Positions 18,204 through 27,499 of a stretch of 38,897 nt of DNA are shown in pieces; position 1 is the stretch's first letter; every line of letters starts with the position of its first letter. The notes under the pieces are model-generated. The model was not told the origin of the DNA and made no database searches. It was given only the letters and a program-made list of their open reading frames with translations. The DNA comes from Actinomycetota bacterium. GTDB taxonomy: Bacteria; Actinomycetota; Actinomycetes; JAKEEW01. The translations under genes were made by a program, and so were the position numbers. The stretch lies in assembly GCA_046725875.1 (NCBI GenBank), contig JBKOZJ010000025.1, positions 1 to 38,897 of the forward strand, written 5' to 3'.

Positions 18204-18247
18204 GGCCATCCCGGGGGACACTTGGGAAGCGGCCCCGCAGCAGGCCG

Positions 18248-20443
18248 TCAACGACAGCCGCAGGAGGCAAGCTGGGCGGCGATGCGGTCGAGTGCGCGCT
18301 CGGCGGCGTCCTCCGAAGTCACGTGGTCGGCCAGCACCGCGAAGGCCAGCAGCCGCCGGTCCTCGTCTACCACGAGGCCAGCCAGTGAGTTGACGCCGAG
18401 GAGCGTGCCGGTCTTGGCGCGGACCACCCCCGCCGAGCCCGTACCAGCAGCAGCGGCCTCGGCCGGTCGGTTTTCGAGGGTCCCGCTGTAGCCCGCGACC
18501 GCCAGGCCGGTGAGCACCGACCGCAGCTGCGGTACCCGCGCGGCCTCGACGAGTACGTCGGTCAAGAGTAGCGGCGAGACCTGGTTGCTGTGCGAGAGCC
18601 CGGATCCGTCGTTGAGACGCATCCCTGACACATCGAGCTCGAGATTGTCGATCGCCTCGGTCACGGCTTGGGCTCCACCAGAGAACGTCGCTGGGTAACC
18701 GCTTTTGATTGCGACCTGACGGGCGAGGGCCTCCGCAAGGTCATTATCGCTGGTAGCCAGCATCTGTTCGACCAGGGCGGACATCGGTGGCGACGCAACG
18801 GATGCCAGCTCGCGCCCACCGGCCGGGGCGTCGAACCGTACGGGGCTCCCGCCGACGTCGATGCCGCGCTCCTCGAGCAGTTCAGCGAACTTCTCGGCGG
18901 CTTGCTCGGCGGGTGCCATCGTTCGGGCCTCATCCCCAGGCTCGCCGATCTGGCCGGCGTCCACGGCGAGCGCCGACACCTGGCCAACAACCGCGCGGCC
19001 TGGTGTGAAGTAGTCGCTGCTCCAGCCGGTGGCCAGCGCCGGCCCGCCGAACAGCGCGTCGTCGAAGGCCAGCTGGACCGAGCCGACCCCGCGCTGTTCG
19101 AGGGCCGTTGCCGTACGGTCGGCGAGCGCGATGAGACTCGCCGGCTGCGGGTAGGCGATCTTGCTCGGCTCGTCGGCGGTGAGCGTCGGGTCGCCGCCAC
19201 CCACGAGGACGATGCCGTCCCCCTCGGCACCCGCGACGACCTTCGTCTCCAGCCTGGCATTCGGACCTAGGACCGACAGCGCCGCCGCCGCGGTCACCAG
19301 CTTGGTTGTCGAGGCCGGAACCCGACCGGCAGCCGAGTCCTGACCGTACAGGAGCTCCCCGGTTTCGCCGTCCACGACCGCAACTCCGACCGAACCGCCC
19401 AACCCCCCCGATGCGGACGAAATCGCCTGCCTTAGACCTGCCCGCGTCGGTGCCGGGGCGCCCGACTTGCCGAGCGGCGCCAGCAGGTCAGGACGCCCAA
19501 GCGGCACTGGCAGGCCGGCGGCCGACGAGGGCACACCAGATGGTTCGTCGGAACCCGACCCGTCGTGGAGGACGGCCAGGAGTACGGCGACCAGAGCGGC
19601 TGCCACTAGCCCAACGATCGACGCCAGGACAGAGAGCTGCCGAAGCGATCGGTCCTGGCGTACCCGGGATGGGCGTGGCCCGGCCGACGGCGGGAACGGG
19701 CGCGCCGGGCGGGTCAGCGGCAGTGCCGGTGGCGGCACCGCCCTAGGCGGCGTGGCCAGCCGCGGCGGCGCCGCCAGAGGTGGTGGGGCCAGCGGCAGTG
19801 GAGCCAGCGGCGCCGGCGGTGCTCCTGGCTCCATCCCGGGCGGAAGCGGCCGCCGCGGCGGCGCCGTGTCTCCGCCTGGGAGGGGCAAAGGTGCGAGTTC
19901 TTGCGGCGGTGGCAGCGGATGAGACCGCGGCGGCTCCGCCGGACGCCCTGGCTGATGCGGCCGATTGGGTTCCGCTGGAGGGGACCGGCGCTGCTGGACT
20001 GGCCTCGAGGGTGGCGGGGCAGGTCCCGGCGGGGCGGAGGGCGACGGGAGTGGGCGCGGCGGTTGCCGGTCGGGCGGTTGATCCGACCGGCGCTGCTGGA
20101 CCGGCTCTCCGGGTGGCGTGGTAAGCCCTGGCAGCGCCGCTGGAGCGGGGATCGCGCGTGGTGGCGGCTCCGGCGGGCCATCAGACTGATGCCGCTCCTC
20201 CGGCTCCCTCTGCGGCGCGGCAAGTCGTGGCAGTGCCGGTGCGGGCGGGAGCGGTGAGTGCTCCTGCGTCGAATCGGGCCGGTGCGGCGGGAGGCCTGGC
20301 AGCGGACTCATGGACAACGGCAATGCGATGGGACGGACCGGCTCGTCGCGCTCATCCGGGAGATCCCCCGACCGAGCATTCGGACGGTCCCGCGACTTGT
20401 CGCCGCGCAGTTCCTCGTCACCCACCCGACTGCCGTCCCTCAT
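18248..20443 (-). CDS. dacB: D-alanyl-D-alanine carboxypeptidase/endopeptidase (PBP4, peptidase S13) with a long Pro-rich N-terminus
   Basis: PASTTK (SxxK), SDN (SxN), DGSGLS and AKTGTL, with a TM anchor at about aa 270-293. Start uncertain. Confidence 0.9.
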   Translation of the reverse strand: MRDGSRVGDEELRGDKSRDRPNARSGDLPDERDEPVRPIALPLSMSPLPGLPPHRPDSTQEHSPLPPAPALPRLAAPQREPEERHQSDGPPEPPPRAIPAPAALPGLTTPPGEPVQQRRSDQPPDRQPPRPLPSPSAPPGPAPPPSRPVQQRRSPPAEPNRPHQPGRPAEPPRSHPLPPPQELAPLPLPGGDTAPPRRPLPPGMEPGAPPAPLAPLPLAPPPLAAPPRLATPPRAVPPPALPLTRPARPFPPSAGPRPSRVRQDRSLRQLSVLASIVGLVAAALVAVLLAVLHDGSGSDEPSGVPSSAAGLPVPLGRPDLLAPLGKSGAPAPTRAGLRQAISSASGGLGGSVGVAVVDGETGELLYGQDSAAGRVPASTTKLVTAAAALSVLGPNARLETKVVAGAEGDGIVLVGGGDPTLTADEPSKIAYPQPASLIALADRTATALEQRGVGSVQLAFDDALFGGPALATGWSSDYFTPGRAVVGQVSALAVDAGQIGEPGDEARTMAPAEQAAEKFAELLEERGIDVGGSPVRFDAPAGGRELASVASPPMSALVEQMLATSDNDLAEALARQVAIKSGYPATFSGGAQAVTEAIDNLELDVSGMRLNDGSGLSHSNQVSPLLLTDVLVEAARVPQLRSVLTGLAVAGYSGTLENRPAEAAAAGTGSAGVVRAKTGTLLGVNSLAGLVVDEDRRLLAFAVLADHVTSEDAAERALDRIAAQLASCGCR
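19983..20260. repeat. Degenerate coding tandem repeat (about 3 x 99-102 bp) in the dacB N-terminus
   Basis: GACCGGCGCTGCTGGAC occurs at 19983 and 20085, and a third diverged unit starts at 20184. Protein units read ..LP.L..P..EP(V/E)..R.SD.PP.. Confidence 0.7.
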
Positions 20444-20539
20444 CCCCGTGCGTGCCCGTACGCCGTACCTTGACGGAGACTAGCGTGCCAAGAAGGAACG
20501 CCGGTGCGTAGATTCGTGCCAGTCGAGGCGGGAGGGGTC

Positions 20540-21070
20540 ATGGAGTTCGACGTCCTGATCGAGATCCCTAAGGGCACCCGGAACAAGTACGAGATGGACA
20601 AGAAGACCGGACGGATCCGGCTCGACCGGATGCTGTTCACCTCGACCCGCTACCCCTCCGACTACGGGTTTATCGAGAACACCCTCGGCGAGGACACCGA
20701 TCCGCTCGACGCTCTCGTGCTTCTCGAGGAGCCGACCTTCCCCGGCTGCGTTATCGCATGCCGGGCGATCGGAATGTTTCGGATGAAGGACGAGAAGGGC
20801 GGCGACGACAAGGTTCTATGTGTGCCCGCCCACGATCCCCGGATGGCCCACCTCCAGGACATCGACGACGTGCCCGAGTTCGATCGACTCGAGATCCAGC
20901 ACTTTTTCGAGGTCTACAAGGACCTTGAACCAGGCAAGTCGGTCGAGGGCGCCACCTGGGCAGGCCGCGTGGAAGCGGAGGCCGAGATCGAGGCGTCGCG
21001 CCGCCGCGCCGCCAATGCCGGCGACCAGCCGAGCGCTGGTTCCACCGCGAACGGCTTCGCACCCCGATAG
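20540..21070 (+). CDS. ppa: Inorganic diphosphatase
   Basis: [35 protein letters not shown] and [17 protein letters not shown]. Confidence 0.97.
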   Translation: MEFDVLIEIPKGTRNKYEMDKKTGRIRLDRMLFTSTRYPSDYGFIENTLGEDTDPLDALVLLEEPTFPGCVIACRAIGMFRMKDEKGGDDKVLCVPAHDPRMAHLQDIDDVPEFDRLEIQHFFEVYKDLEPGKSVEGATWAGRVEAEAEIEASRRRAANAGDQPSAGSTANGFAPR

Positions 21071-21143
21071 GCCCTCGAAACCGCTGCAGATCCAGGCAAT
21101 CCGGATCCCGCTCCGGCCGTTAAGAGTGCGAGATGTCCGGGCG

Positions 21144-21854
21144 CTAGCTGGCCGGGGACTGCTCGGACGCGCGGATGCCGGCGAGCATCACGCTGGCGAG
21201 CCGGCGCCAGTCGCCGCCAGTGCCAATGGCTGCCGACAAGCCGCACATGAGCGCCCGAATGTCGTCGGTCGTGACATCCGCCCGAACCCGGCGGCGGATC
21301 TTGGCACGGTCAAGCAGCGTCCCAACCCGCTCCATGATCTGATCCCGCTTTTCGCGACTTATGCCGCCCTGTTGGCAGGCCGCGGCGAAGGTGTCCCGAA
21401 GGCCCGCATCGGTGGCCATCTGCTCCGCATTCCGATAAACAAAGCACTCGATTGCCGCCCACGCGTCCGCATCCCCGAGCGCGCTCTCAGCCTCGCTGAT
21501 GCAGCCGCTGAAGCGCTCGGAGGCGAGTTCGGACACCAAGATCTCTTTGGTTGGGAAGTGGCGGTAGAGGGTTCCGACGCCGACACCGGCGCGGTGGGCC
21601 ACCTCCTCCATTTGGACGGCCGCGCCCAGCTCCCGGAACGCCTGCTCGGCCGCGGCCAGAATCTTCTCCCGGTTGCGCCGGGCATCGGCCCGCTGCTGCT
21701 TGATCTTGTAGAGCACGGCGGGCGGAGCGGCAGCCTGCGTCGTGTCTGGGGACTCGTCCGAGCCGGAGTCGAGCTGGTCATGGGCGTCGTCAAGTCGGCC
21801 CCGCACCGCGGGTGAGCGGACCGTCGGTGCGACGTTCGTGCTGGTCTTGGCCAT
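21144..21854 (-). CDS. TetR/AcrR family transcriptional regulator
   Basis: RADARRNREKILAAA and VAHRAGVGVGTLYRHFPTKE HTH. Divergent from the MFS gene. Start uncertain. Confidence 0.92.
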   Translation of the reverse strand: MAKTSTNVAPTVRSPAVRGRLDDAHDQLDSGSDESPDTTQAAAPPAVLYKIKQQRADARRNREKILAAAEQAFRELGAAVQMEEVAHRAGVGVGTLYRHFPTKEILVSELASERFSGCISEAESALGDADAWAAIECFVYRNAEQMATDAGLRDTFAAACQQGGISREKRDQIMERVGTLLDRAKIRRRVRADVTTDDIRALMCGLSAAIGTGGDWRRLASVMLAGIRASEQSPAS

Positions 21855-21880
21855 AACGCTCACAGCGTACGACAAATCCC

Positions 21881-21911
21881 TTGACAAGCGGAAGCGCCGT
21901 TCCGGTAGTGT
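21881..21911 (+). promoter_or_regulatory. MFS promoter (-35 TTGACA, possible -10 TAGTGT) with an overlapping TetR operator CGGAA-n6-TTCCG
   Basis: TTGACA at 21881-21886. Perfect IR CGGAAgcgccgTTCCG at 21889-21904. A degenerate second site lies near 21924-21939. Confidence 0.6.
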
Positions 21912-21957
21912 GACCCAGGTAACCGGAACCGGAATCCCAATTCCTCTTAGGAGCACA

Positions 21958-23469
21958 ATGAGTTCGCACGTAGCGAGCACGCCGGGGGCGCTCGATACGT
22001 CCCAGGCCGGGCGTTCCCGCTGGCTCGCGCTCGCCCTGCTGGCCACCACGCAGTTCGTCCTCGTCCTCGATGCGGCAATCGTCGGCGTGGCGATGCCGTC
22101 GATCGGCAGCGATCTCGGCATCAAGCAGGCCGACCTGTCCTGGATCGCCAACGCCTACGCTTTGCTCTTCGGCGGCTTCCTCCTGCTCGGCGGACGCCTC
22201 GCCGACCTCTTCGGGCGCCGCCGACTCTTCGTCGGCGGGCTCGTACTCTTCACCGTGGCGTCGCTCGCCGCCGGCGTCGCTCAGTCCGGGGCGATGCTCG
22301 TTGGGGCGCGCGCCGTCCAGGGCTTCGCCGCCGCACTGGTTTCGCCTGCGGCGCTGTCGCTCGTCATGATCCTGTTCAAGGATGGATCGGAGCGGAACCG
22401 GGCGCTTGGCGTCTGGGGCGCGGTCGCCGGCTCCGGAGCGGCCGCGGGCCTGGTCCTCGGCGGTATCCTTACCGACTGGTTCGGCTGGGAGTCGGTCTTC
22501 TTCGTCAACCTGCCCATTGGCGCGGCCGCGGTTGCGCTGGCGTTCCGGCTGTTGCCGGCTGCTAGGTCGGACGAGGGCGGCCGCGGCTTCGACCTGGCCG
22601 GTGCGATATCGGTGACCGCGGGGCTCGCCCTGCTGGTCTACGTACTCGTCGACGCCAACGATGCCGGGTGGGCCTCCGCTCAAACGCTGGGTCTCGGCGC
22701 CGCGGCGCTCGTCCTGCTGGCGGCGTTCGTCGGGATCGAGGCGCGGAGCGCGCACCCGCTGGTTCCGCTGCGGATCTTCCGGCTGCCGATGCTGCGCGGC
22801 GCGAACGCCGCCACCATCTTCCTGACGATGGCGCTGTTCCCGAGCTTCTTCTTCATCACGCTCTATACGCAGGAGGTGCTCGGCTACTCGCCGATCAAGT
22901 CCGGCCTGGCACAGCTACCGTTCGCGCTGACGGTCATCGTCGCGGCGAATGCCGTCGCGCCGATCATCAGCCGGATCGGTTTGAAGACGACAATGGTGAC
23001 CGGACTGCTGATCGTCGCTGCCGGAATGGCCTGGTACTCACGGATCAGCCCGGACGGCTCGTTCCTCACCGATCTGCTCGGGCCGCAGCTCGTCACGGCC
23101 AGCGGCGCGGCTCTCGCGTGGGTCGCCGGGATGGTCGGCGCGACCAACGGTGCTCCCGAGCACGAGTCCGGGCTTGCCTCGGGTCTGATCAACACGACTC
23201 AGCAGGTCGGCGCGGCGCTCGGACTCGGCGTGGTGGTCGCGGCGGCGACGGCCCGTACGGACAGTGTCATCTCCGGCGGCGAGCAGGTCCTCGGCGTCGC
23301 CCTCACGGAGGGCTACCGCGCCGGAATCCTGGTTGGCGCCGGGCTCGCCTTGGTAGCCGCGCTCGTTGCCAGCGCGCTCTTCCCGCGGCGGAGCAAGGAA
23401 CAGCAGCTCCCGGTCCCCGCCCAGCGCGAGGCACGGTCCGAGGTCGCCCTCGAACCCAGCTACGACTGA
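21958..23469 (+). CDS. MFS transporter, DHA2 (EmrB/QacA, 14-TM) family
   Basis: LDAAIVGVAMPSI, WIANAY.L.FGGFLLLGGRLADLFGRRR (motif A), W..VFFVNLPIG and ASGL.NT.QQVG. AGGAG SD before ATG 21958. Confidence 0.95.
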   Translation: MSSHVASTPGALDTSQAGRSRWLALALLATTQFVLVLDAAIVGVAMPSIGSDLGIKQADLSWIANAYALLFGGFLLLGGRLADLFGRRRLFVGGLVLFTVASLAAGVAQSGAMLVGARAVQGFAAALVSPAALSLVMILFKDGSERNRALGVWGAVAGSGAAAGLVLGGILTDWFGWESVFFVNLPIGAAAVALAFRLLPAARSDEGGRGFDLAGAISVTAGLALLVYVLVDANDAGWASAQTLGLGAAALVLLAAFVGIEARSAHPLVPLRIFRLPMLRGANAATIFLTMALFPSFFFITLYTQEVLGYSPIKSGLAQLPFALTVIVAANAVAPIISRIGLKTTMVTGLLIVAAGMAWYSRISPDGSFLTDLLGPQLVTASGAALAWVAGMVGATNGAPEHESGLASGLINTTQQVGAALGLGVVVAAATARTDSVISGGEQVLGVALTEGYRAGILVGAGLALVAALVASALFPRRSKEQQLPVPAQREARSEVALEPSYD

Positions 23470-23482
23470 CCGCCCATCGCTA

Positions 23483-23566
23483 TTCGCATGAATGTGCCCT
23501 TCGCTCCATAGGTTCGAGTGAAGGGCACATTCATCTCTATCCAGTTCGAGTCAACGGCACATTCAT
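23483..23566. repeat. REP-like palindromic repeat, copy B (inverted relative to A); strong hairpin after the MFS stop
   Basis: TGAATGTGCCCTTCG, 15 nt, TGAAGGGCACATTCA, 17 nt, TCAACGGCACATTCA. The reverse-complemented spacer CTCGAACCTATGGAG matches A at 14/15. Positions 23488-23534 form a 19-bp stem. Confidence 0.85.
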
Positions 23567-23648
23567 ATCTGGGCCGCGACCCGGCGCGTGCTCCTGTACC
23601 ACGGAGCCGGGCCAAGGGCGCGCCAGCCGCTCGTTCGAGGTCGGGGGG

Positions 23649-24653
23649 TCAAAGGAGGAAGCCGGCGGGGAACGGGTCCTCGGGGTCGAGCAGATACTGC
23701 GCAATCCCGGTTACCCAGGCACGTCCGCTGACCGTTGGCACGACCGCCGGAAGGTCACCCACCGTCGACGTACCGACGAGCCGGCCGGTGAAGCGGGTCC
23801 CGAGCACCGACTCGTTCACGAACGACTGGTCGAGCGCAAGCTCGCCGCGCGCGTGCAGCTGGGCCATCCGCGCCGAGGTCCCGGTGCCGCAAGGCGAGCG
23901 GTCAACCCAGCCGGGATGGACGACCACCGCGTTTCGAGCGTAGGCGCCGTCCCGCCCGGGCGCGGCGAGAAGAACATGCCGGCAGTCGTTGATCGATGGA
24001 TCCAGCGGATGTACCGGCGGCGCCTGCTTGTTGATCGCGTCCATCACGACCAGGCCGCGACGGATCAGCTCGGGCGCCATCCTCGGAGCGACGTCGAGAC
24101 CGAGAGCATCAGCCGGCATGATCGCGTAGAAGTTGCCGCCGTACGCCATGTCGAAGCTGACCTCGCCGATCTCGGCGCCGGCATCGACGGTCACGTCCGA
24201 TGCGAGCAGGAACGAGTCCACGTTACGGATCGTGACTTCGCGGGCCCGGCCATCCTCGACCGCGACCGCCGCCAGGACGAGGCCAGCCGGAGTTTCGAGC
24301 CGGATCATGGTGACCGGCTCCACGACCGCCACGGCTCCCGTCTCGACCAGCGCGGTCGCAACACCGATGGTGCCGTGGCCACACATGGGCAGGCATCCGG
24401 ACACCTCGATGAACAAGACTCCGTAATCGGCGTCGGGACGCGTGGGGGGCTGCAGAATGGCGCCTGACATGGCTGCGTGACCGCGTGGTTCGTACATCAA
24501 CAGGGTGCGCAGGTCGTCCCGGTCCCGCATGAACAGCGACCGGCGTTCCGCCATCGTGGCCCCGGGCAATACTCCAATCCCACCCGTCACCACCCGGGTC
24601 GGCATCCCCTCGGTGTGGGTGTCCACGGCATGGATCACCAGCTGGCTACGCAT
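23649..24653 (-). CDS. Proline racemase family protein (likely 4-hydroxyproline 2-epimerase)
   Basis: DTHTEGMPTR, EPRGH, and catalytic Cys pair MCGH / DRSPCGTGT. Gene context supports the epimerase call. Confidence 0.9.
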   Translation of the reverse strand: MRSQLVIHAVDTHTEGMPTRVVTGGIGVLPGATMAERRSLFMRDRDDLRTLLMYEPRGHAAMSGAILQPPTRPDADYGVLFIEVSGCLPMCGHGTIGVATALVETGAVAVVEPVTMIRLETPAGLVLAAVAVEDGRAREVTIRNVDSFLLASDVTVDAGAEIGEVSFDMAYGGNFYAIMPADALGLDVAPRMAPELIRRGLVVMDAINKQAPPVHPLDPSINDCRHVLLAAPGRDGAYARNAVVVHPGWVDRSPCGTGTSARMAQLHARGELALDQSFVNESVLGTRFTGRLVGTSTVGDLPAVVPTVSGRAWVTGIAQYLLDPEDPFPAGFLL

Positions 24654-25587
24654 CGCTCACCCAGAGGGAGCGCTCGGACTGCAGGGCCAGCTCGGCGTCC
24701 TTGCGGACCTGCGCGGCCTGGTCATCGGGGAGCGGCAATCGCGGTGCGCGGCACGGCCCGCCGTACCGTCCAGCCACCTCCATCGCAAGTTTGATGGCCT
24801 GGATGAACTCCGGTCGGGAGTCCCAACGGAAGATCGGATGTAGGCGGCGGTAGAGCGCGAGCGCATCGTCGAGATGGTCGCCGCGGCCGCCGATGGCGGC
24901 CGCGCGGGCGAGCGAGAAGAGCCGGACGCTCGCCGCCGGAAGCGCGTTGGGCAGACCCGCGATCCAGCCGGGCGAGCCGAGCAGAACGAGTTCGAGGAGC
25001 ACGTCGTCGGCGCCGGCCAGGACATCGAGTTGCGGCACTAGCTCGCGAATGCGGTGCAGGCGACGCACGTCGCCGCTGAACTCTTTCACTGCTACGACAC
25101 CTTGGATCTCGGCGATCGTGGCGAGCAGCTCCGGGGTGAGGTCGACCTTGGTGTCGTAGGGATTGTTGTACGTCACCACGGGTAGCCCAGCCGAGGCGAC
25201 GGCTCGGTAATGTGCGACAACCTCCTCGTCGCTGGCCCGGTATCCATTCGGCGGCAGCGACAGCACGGCGCCCGCCCCCGCGGCGGCCGCGTCCTCGGCC
25301 CAGTGCCGCGCTTGGTGCGAGCCATAGGCGCCCACGCCGGGAACCACGGCGCATTGACCGGCGGCCTCGACCACCGCTCGAACGACGTCCGAACGCTCCT
25401 GGTCGGACAGGGTCTGATACTCGCCGAGCGAGCCGTTGGGGGTCACCCCGTCGCACCCTTGCTCGGCGAGCCAACGGACATGCTCCTGGAGCCGGCCGAA
25501 ATCGACCGACAGGTCGGCCTTGAACGGCGTGGCAATCGCCACGATCAGGCCATGCCACGGCTTCACAGTCGTCTGATCACCGGCCAC
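24646..25587 (-). CDS. DapA/DHDPS family protein (likely delta1-pyrroline-4-hydroxy-2-carboxylate deaminase)
   Basis: ATPF, NGSLGEY, YNNP and Schiff-base Lys in AVKEFSGD. Hydroxyproline-cluster context. Confidence 0.85.
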   Translation of the reverse strand: MAGDQTTVKPWHGLIVAIATPFKADLSVDFGRLQEHVRWLAEQGCDGVTPNGSLGEYQTLSDQERSDVVRAVVEAAGQCAVVPGVGAYGSHQARHWAEDAAAAGAGAVLSLPPNGYRASDEEVVAHYRAVASAGLPVVTYNNPYDTKVDLTPELLATIAEIQGVVAVKEFSGDVRRLHRIRELVPQLDVLAGADDVLLELVLLGSPGWIAGLPNALPAASVRLFSLARAAAIGGRGDHLDDALALYRRLHPIFRWDSRPEFIQAIKLAMEVAGRYGGPCRAPRLPLPDDQAAQVRKDAELALQSERSLWVSDA

Positions 25588-25612
25588 AACACACCTCCAT
25601 CGAGCCGCCGAA

Positions 25613-25649
25613 CTCGAACTTATCGGCTGAATGTGCCATTCATGCGGAA
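25613..25649. repeat. REP-like palindromic repeat, copy C (partial)
   Basis: CTCGAACTTATCGGC-TGAATGTGCCATTCA-TGCGGAA. Its TCA (25640-25642) is the stop codon of the upstream minus-strand oxidoreductase. Confidence 0.75.
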
Positions 25650-27499
25650 CGGGGGTCGCTTGCGGTCCCGGTGGGGGTCGCGAGGGTGGCCAGCGCGACC
25701 GGCGTCACGATCGGGCGGCTGAGAATCGGCATCATGTCCGGCTGCCGGCCGGTCGCGCTGTCGATCAGCGCAGCTGCCGGATAGCCGCAGATCCGACCTT
25801 GACAGGGACCCATCCCGAGCCTGGTGAGCAACCGGAGCGAGCGCAGGTCGTCGCCTCCGTAGCTGCTCCTGCCCGCGTCCAACCGTCCCGCGGTGACCTC
25901 CTCGCATCGACAGACAAGAGTGTCTGGAGTAAGCCGGCTACGCCAGCCGGACTGCAACGGGTAGATGCCGTGCATTGCGTCGGCGAACCGTTCCTCGATC
26001 GCAAGGTGCCGGCGCATCGAGGCAACCGCCCGAGCGCACACGATCTCGGAGAGCCGGCCTGCGGCGGCAGCGGCCGCAAGGCCGGCGATGGTGCCTTGCC
26101 AAGCAGCCCGCCTCGCTCCGGCAATCCCGGTGACCTCACCGGCGGCGACCACGTTGCGCACGCCGGTGCGCTGCATCCGGTCCACGCTGACCACGACGTT
26201 GCCGTCGCGCTGGTCCACCTCGAGCGGGCAGCCGAGATTGATGGCGAGCTCGACCGACGGCGTGAAGCCGAAGCCCACACATACGGCGTTCGCGTGAACC
26301 AGCCGCCGGCCGCCGGGAACCACCCGCCACTGCTCGTCCACTCGTTCGATGATCGAGCGGAGACCGTGTCGGTCGGCGTCGACCGCGGTCACCGCATGAC
26401 CGGACAGCATCGGAACCCGGTGCCGGCGCAGCACTCGCTGGTAGGCGATCGCTTCGCGCAGGCGGCCGGCCGACCGCCCGACGATCAGGGGATGGCGGAG
26501 CCAGCGCTGGGGTCGGTTGGCCTCGACCACGGCCGCGACGTTCGCACCGGCTTCGGCGAGACCCGCGGCGACGGCCAGGAGGAACGGGCCGGTCCCGGCG
26601 AGCAGCAGCCGCCGCCCCGCGAGTACCCCGTGCTCCTTGAGCAGGGCCTGGGCGGCTCCCGCTGTCATCACTCCGGGCAGATCCCAACCCGGGAACGGCA
26701 CGACGCGGTCGTAGGCACCGGGCGCGAGCACCACTGCACGCGCCTGGAGCTCGACCTCGGTTCCGGTGTCCGACTCGACGAGATTCAGGATCGGGCGGTC
26801 GCCCGCCAGCCCGATCGTCCACACCGTGTGCCCGGGGAGAAACCGAACCCTGGGATGGCTGGTGGCCCGTGCCAGCGCGACCTGGGCAGGCCCACCACGC
26901 CGCGGTACCCGGCGCGATCCGTCGCCTCTCGGGTCACTGGTCGCTGGTCGCCGCAAGTACTGGCCGCCCGGTGCATGGCCGGCGTCGACCACCGTCACCT
27001 CGGCACCGGAGTCGGCGGCGGCCACCGCGGCAGCCAACCCGGCGGGCCCGGCGCCGACCACTGCCACCTCGGCCTCGATCAGCCGAACTGCAGCCGGGGG
27101 CGGACCGCTGCCCCGGTGCTCGCCGCCGAGATTTTGCTGTACGAGGTCGAAGGGGCGCTCGCCCACACCACGCTGTGTCTGTACGGCCGCGCCGGCTCGA
27201 GCCGGTTCCGTACACGCGCGGACGTTCGGCCGCCCGTCGACGGTGACCAAGCAGTCGAAGCAGACTCCGATGCCGCAGAAGAGCCCGCGCGGCTTGTCCG
27301 CGAAGCGAGTCAGCCGGGTCGTCCGGCGCCCCTCCTGAACCAGCGCCGCGGCAATGGATTGCCCCGGCACGAACGGGACGTCCGCGCCGTCGAAGGTAAA
27401 CGAGTCGCGGCGGGACGCCAAGGCGGCTTCCGGCGGTCCGCCCTCGACCCGGGATGCGGCGGCTGCACGTGATCGGCGTCGGTTACGCAGGCTCACCAT
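25640..27499 (-). CDS. Fused (2Fe-2S) + FAD/NAD(P)-binding oxidoreductase + BFD-like Fe-S protein (D-hydroxyproline dehydrogenase / HcnA-HcnB / Oox-like subunits)
   Basis: FCGIGVCFDC..RAC, VVGAGPAG, FPGWDLPGV, AAGEVTG and VCRCEEV..GMGPCQGRICG. Probable start ATG 27499. Confidence 0.85.
   Translation of the reverse strand: MVSLRNRRRSRAAAASRVEGGPPEAALASRRDSFTFDGADVPFVPGQSIAAALVQEGRRTTRLTRFADKPRGLFCGIGVCFDCLVTVDGRPNVRACTEPARAGAAVQTQRGVGERPFDLVQQNLGGEHRGSGPPPAAVRLIEAEVAVVGAGPAGLAAAVAAADSGAEVTVVDAGHAPGGQYLRRPATSDPRGDGSRRVPRRGGPAQVALARATSHPRVRFLPGHTVWTIGLAGDRPILNLVESDTGTEVELQARAVVLAPGAYDRVVPFPGWDLPGVMTAGAAQALLKEHGVLAGRRLLLAGTGPFLLAVAAGLAEAGANVAAVVEANRPQRWLRHPLIVGRSAGRLREAIAYQRVLRRHRVPMLSGHAVTAVDADRHGLRSIIERVDEQWRVVPGGRRLVHANAVCVGFGFTPSVELAINLGCPLEVDQRDGNVVVSVDRMQRTGVRNVVAAGEVTGIAGARRAAWQGTIAGLAAAAAAGRLSEIVCARAVASMRRHLAIEERFADAMHGIYPLQSGWRSRLTPDTLVCRCEEVTAGRLDAGRSSYGGDDLRSLRLLTRLGMGPCQGRICGYPAAALIDSATGRQPDMMPILSRPIVTPVALATLATPTGTASDPRSA

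Noticed and set aside
21742..22151. Mutually overlapping N-terminal extensions of the TetR and MFS ORFs
   Set aside because: Artefact of longest-ORF calling. The SD at ATG 21958 and the promoter/operator define a normal divergent spacer.
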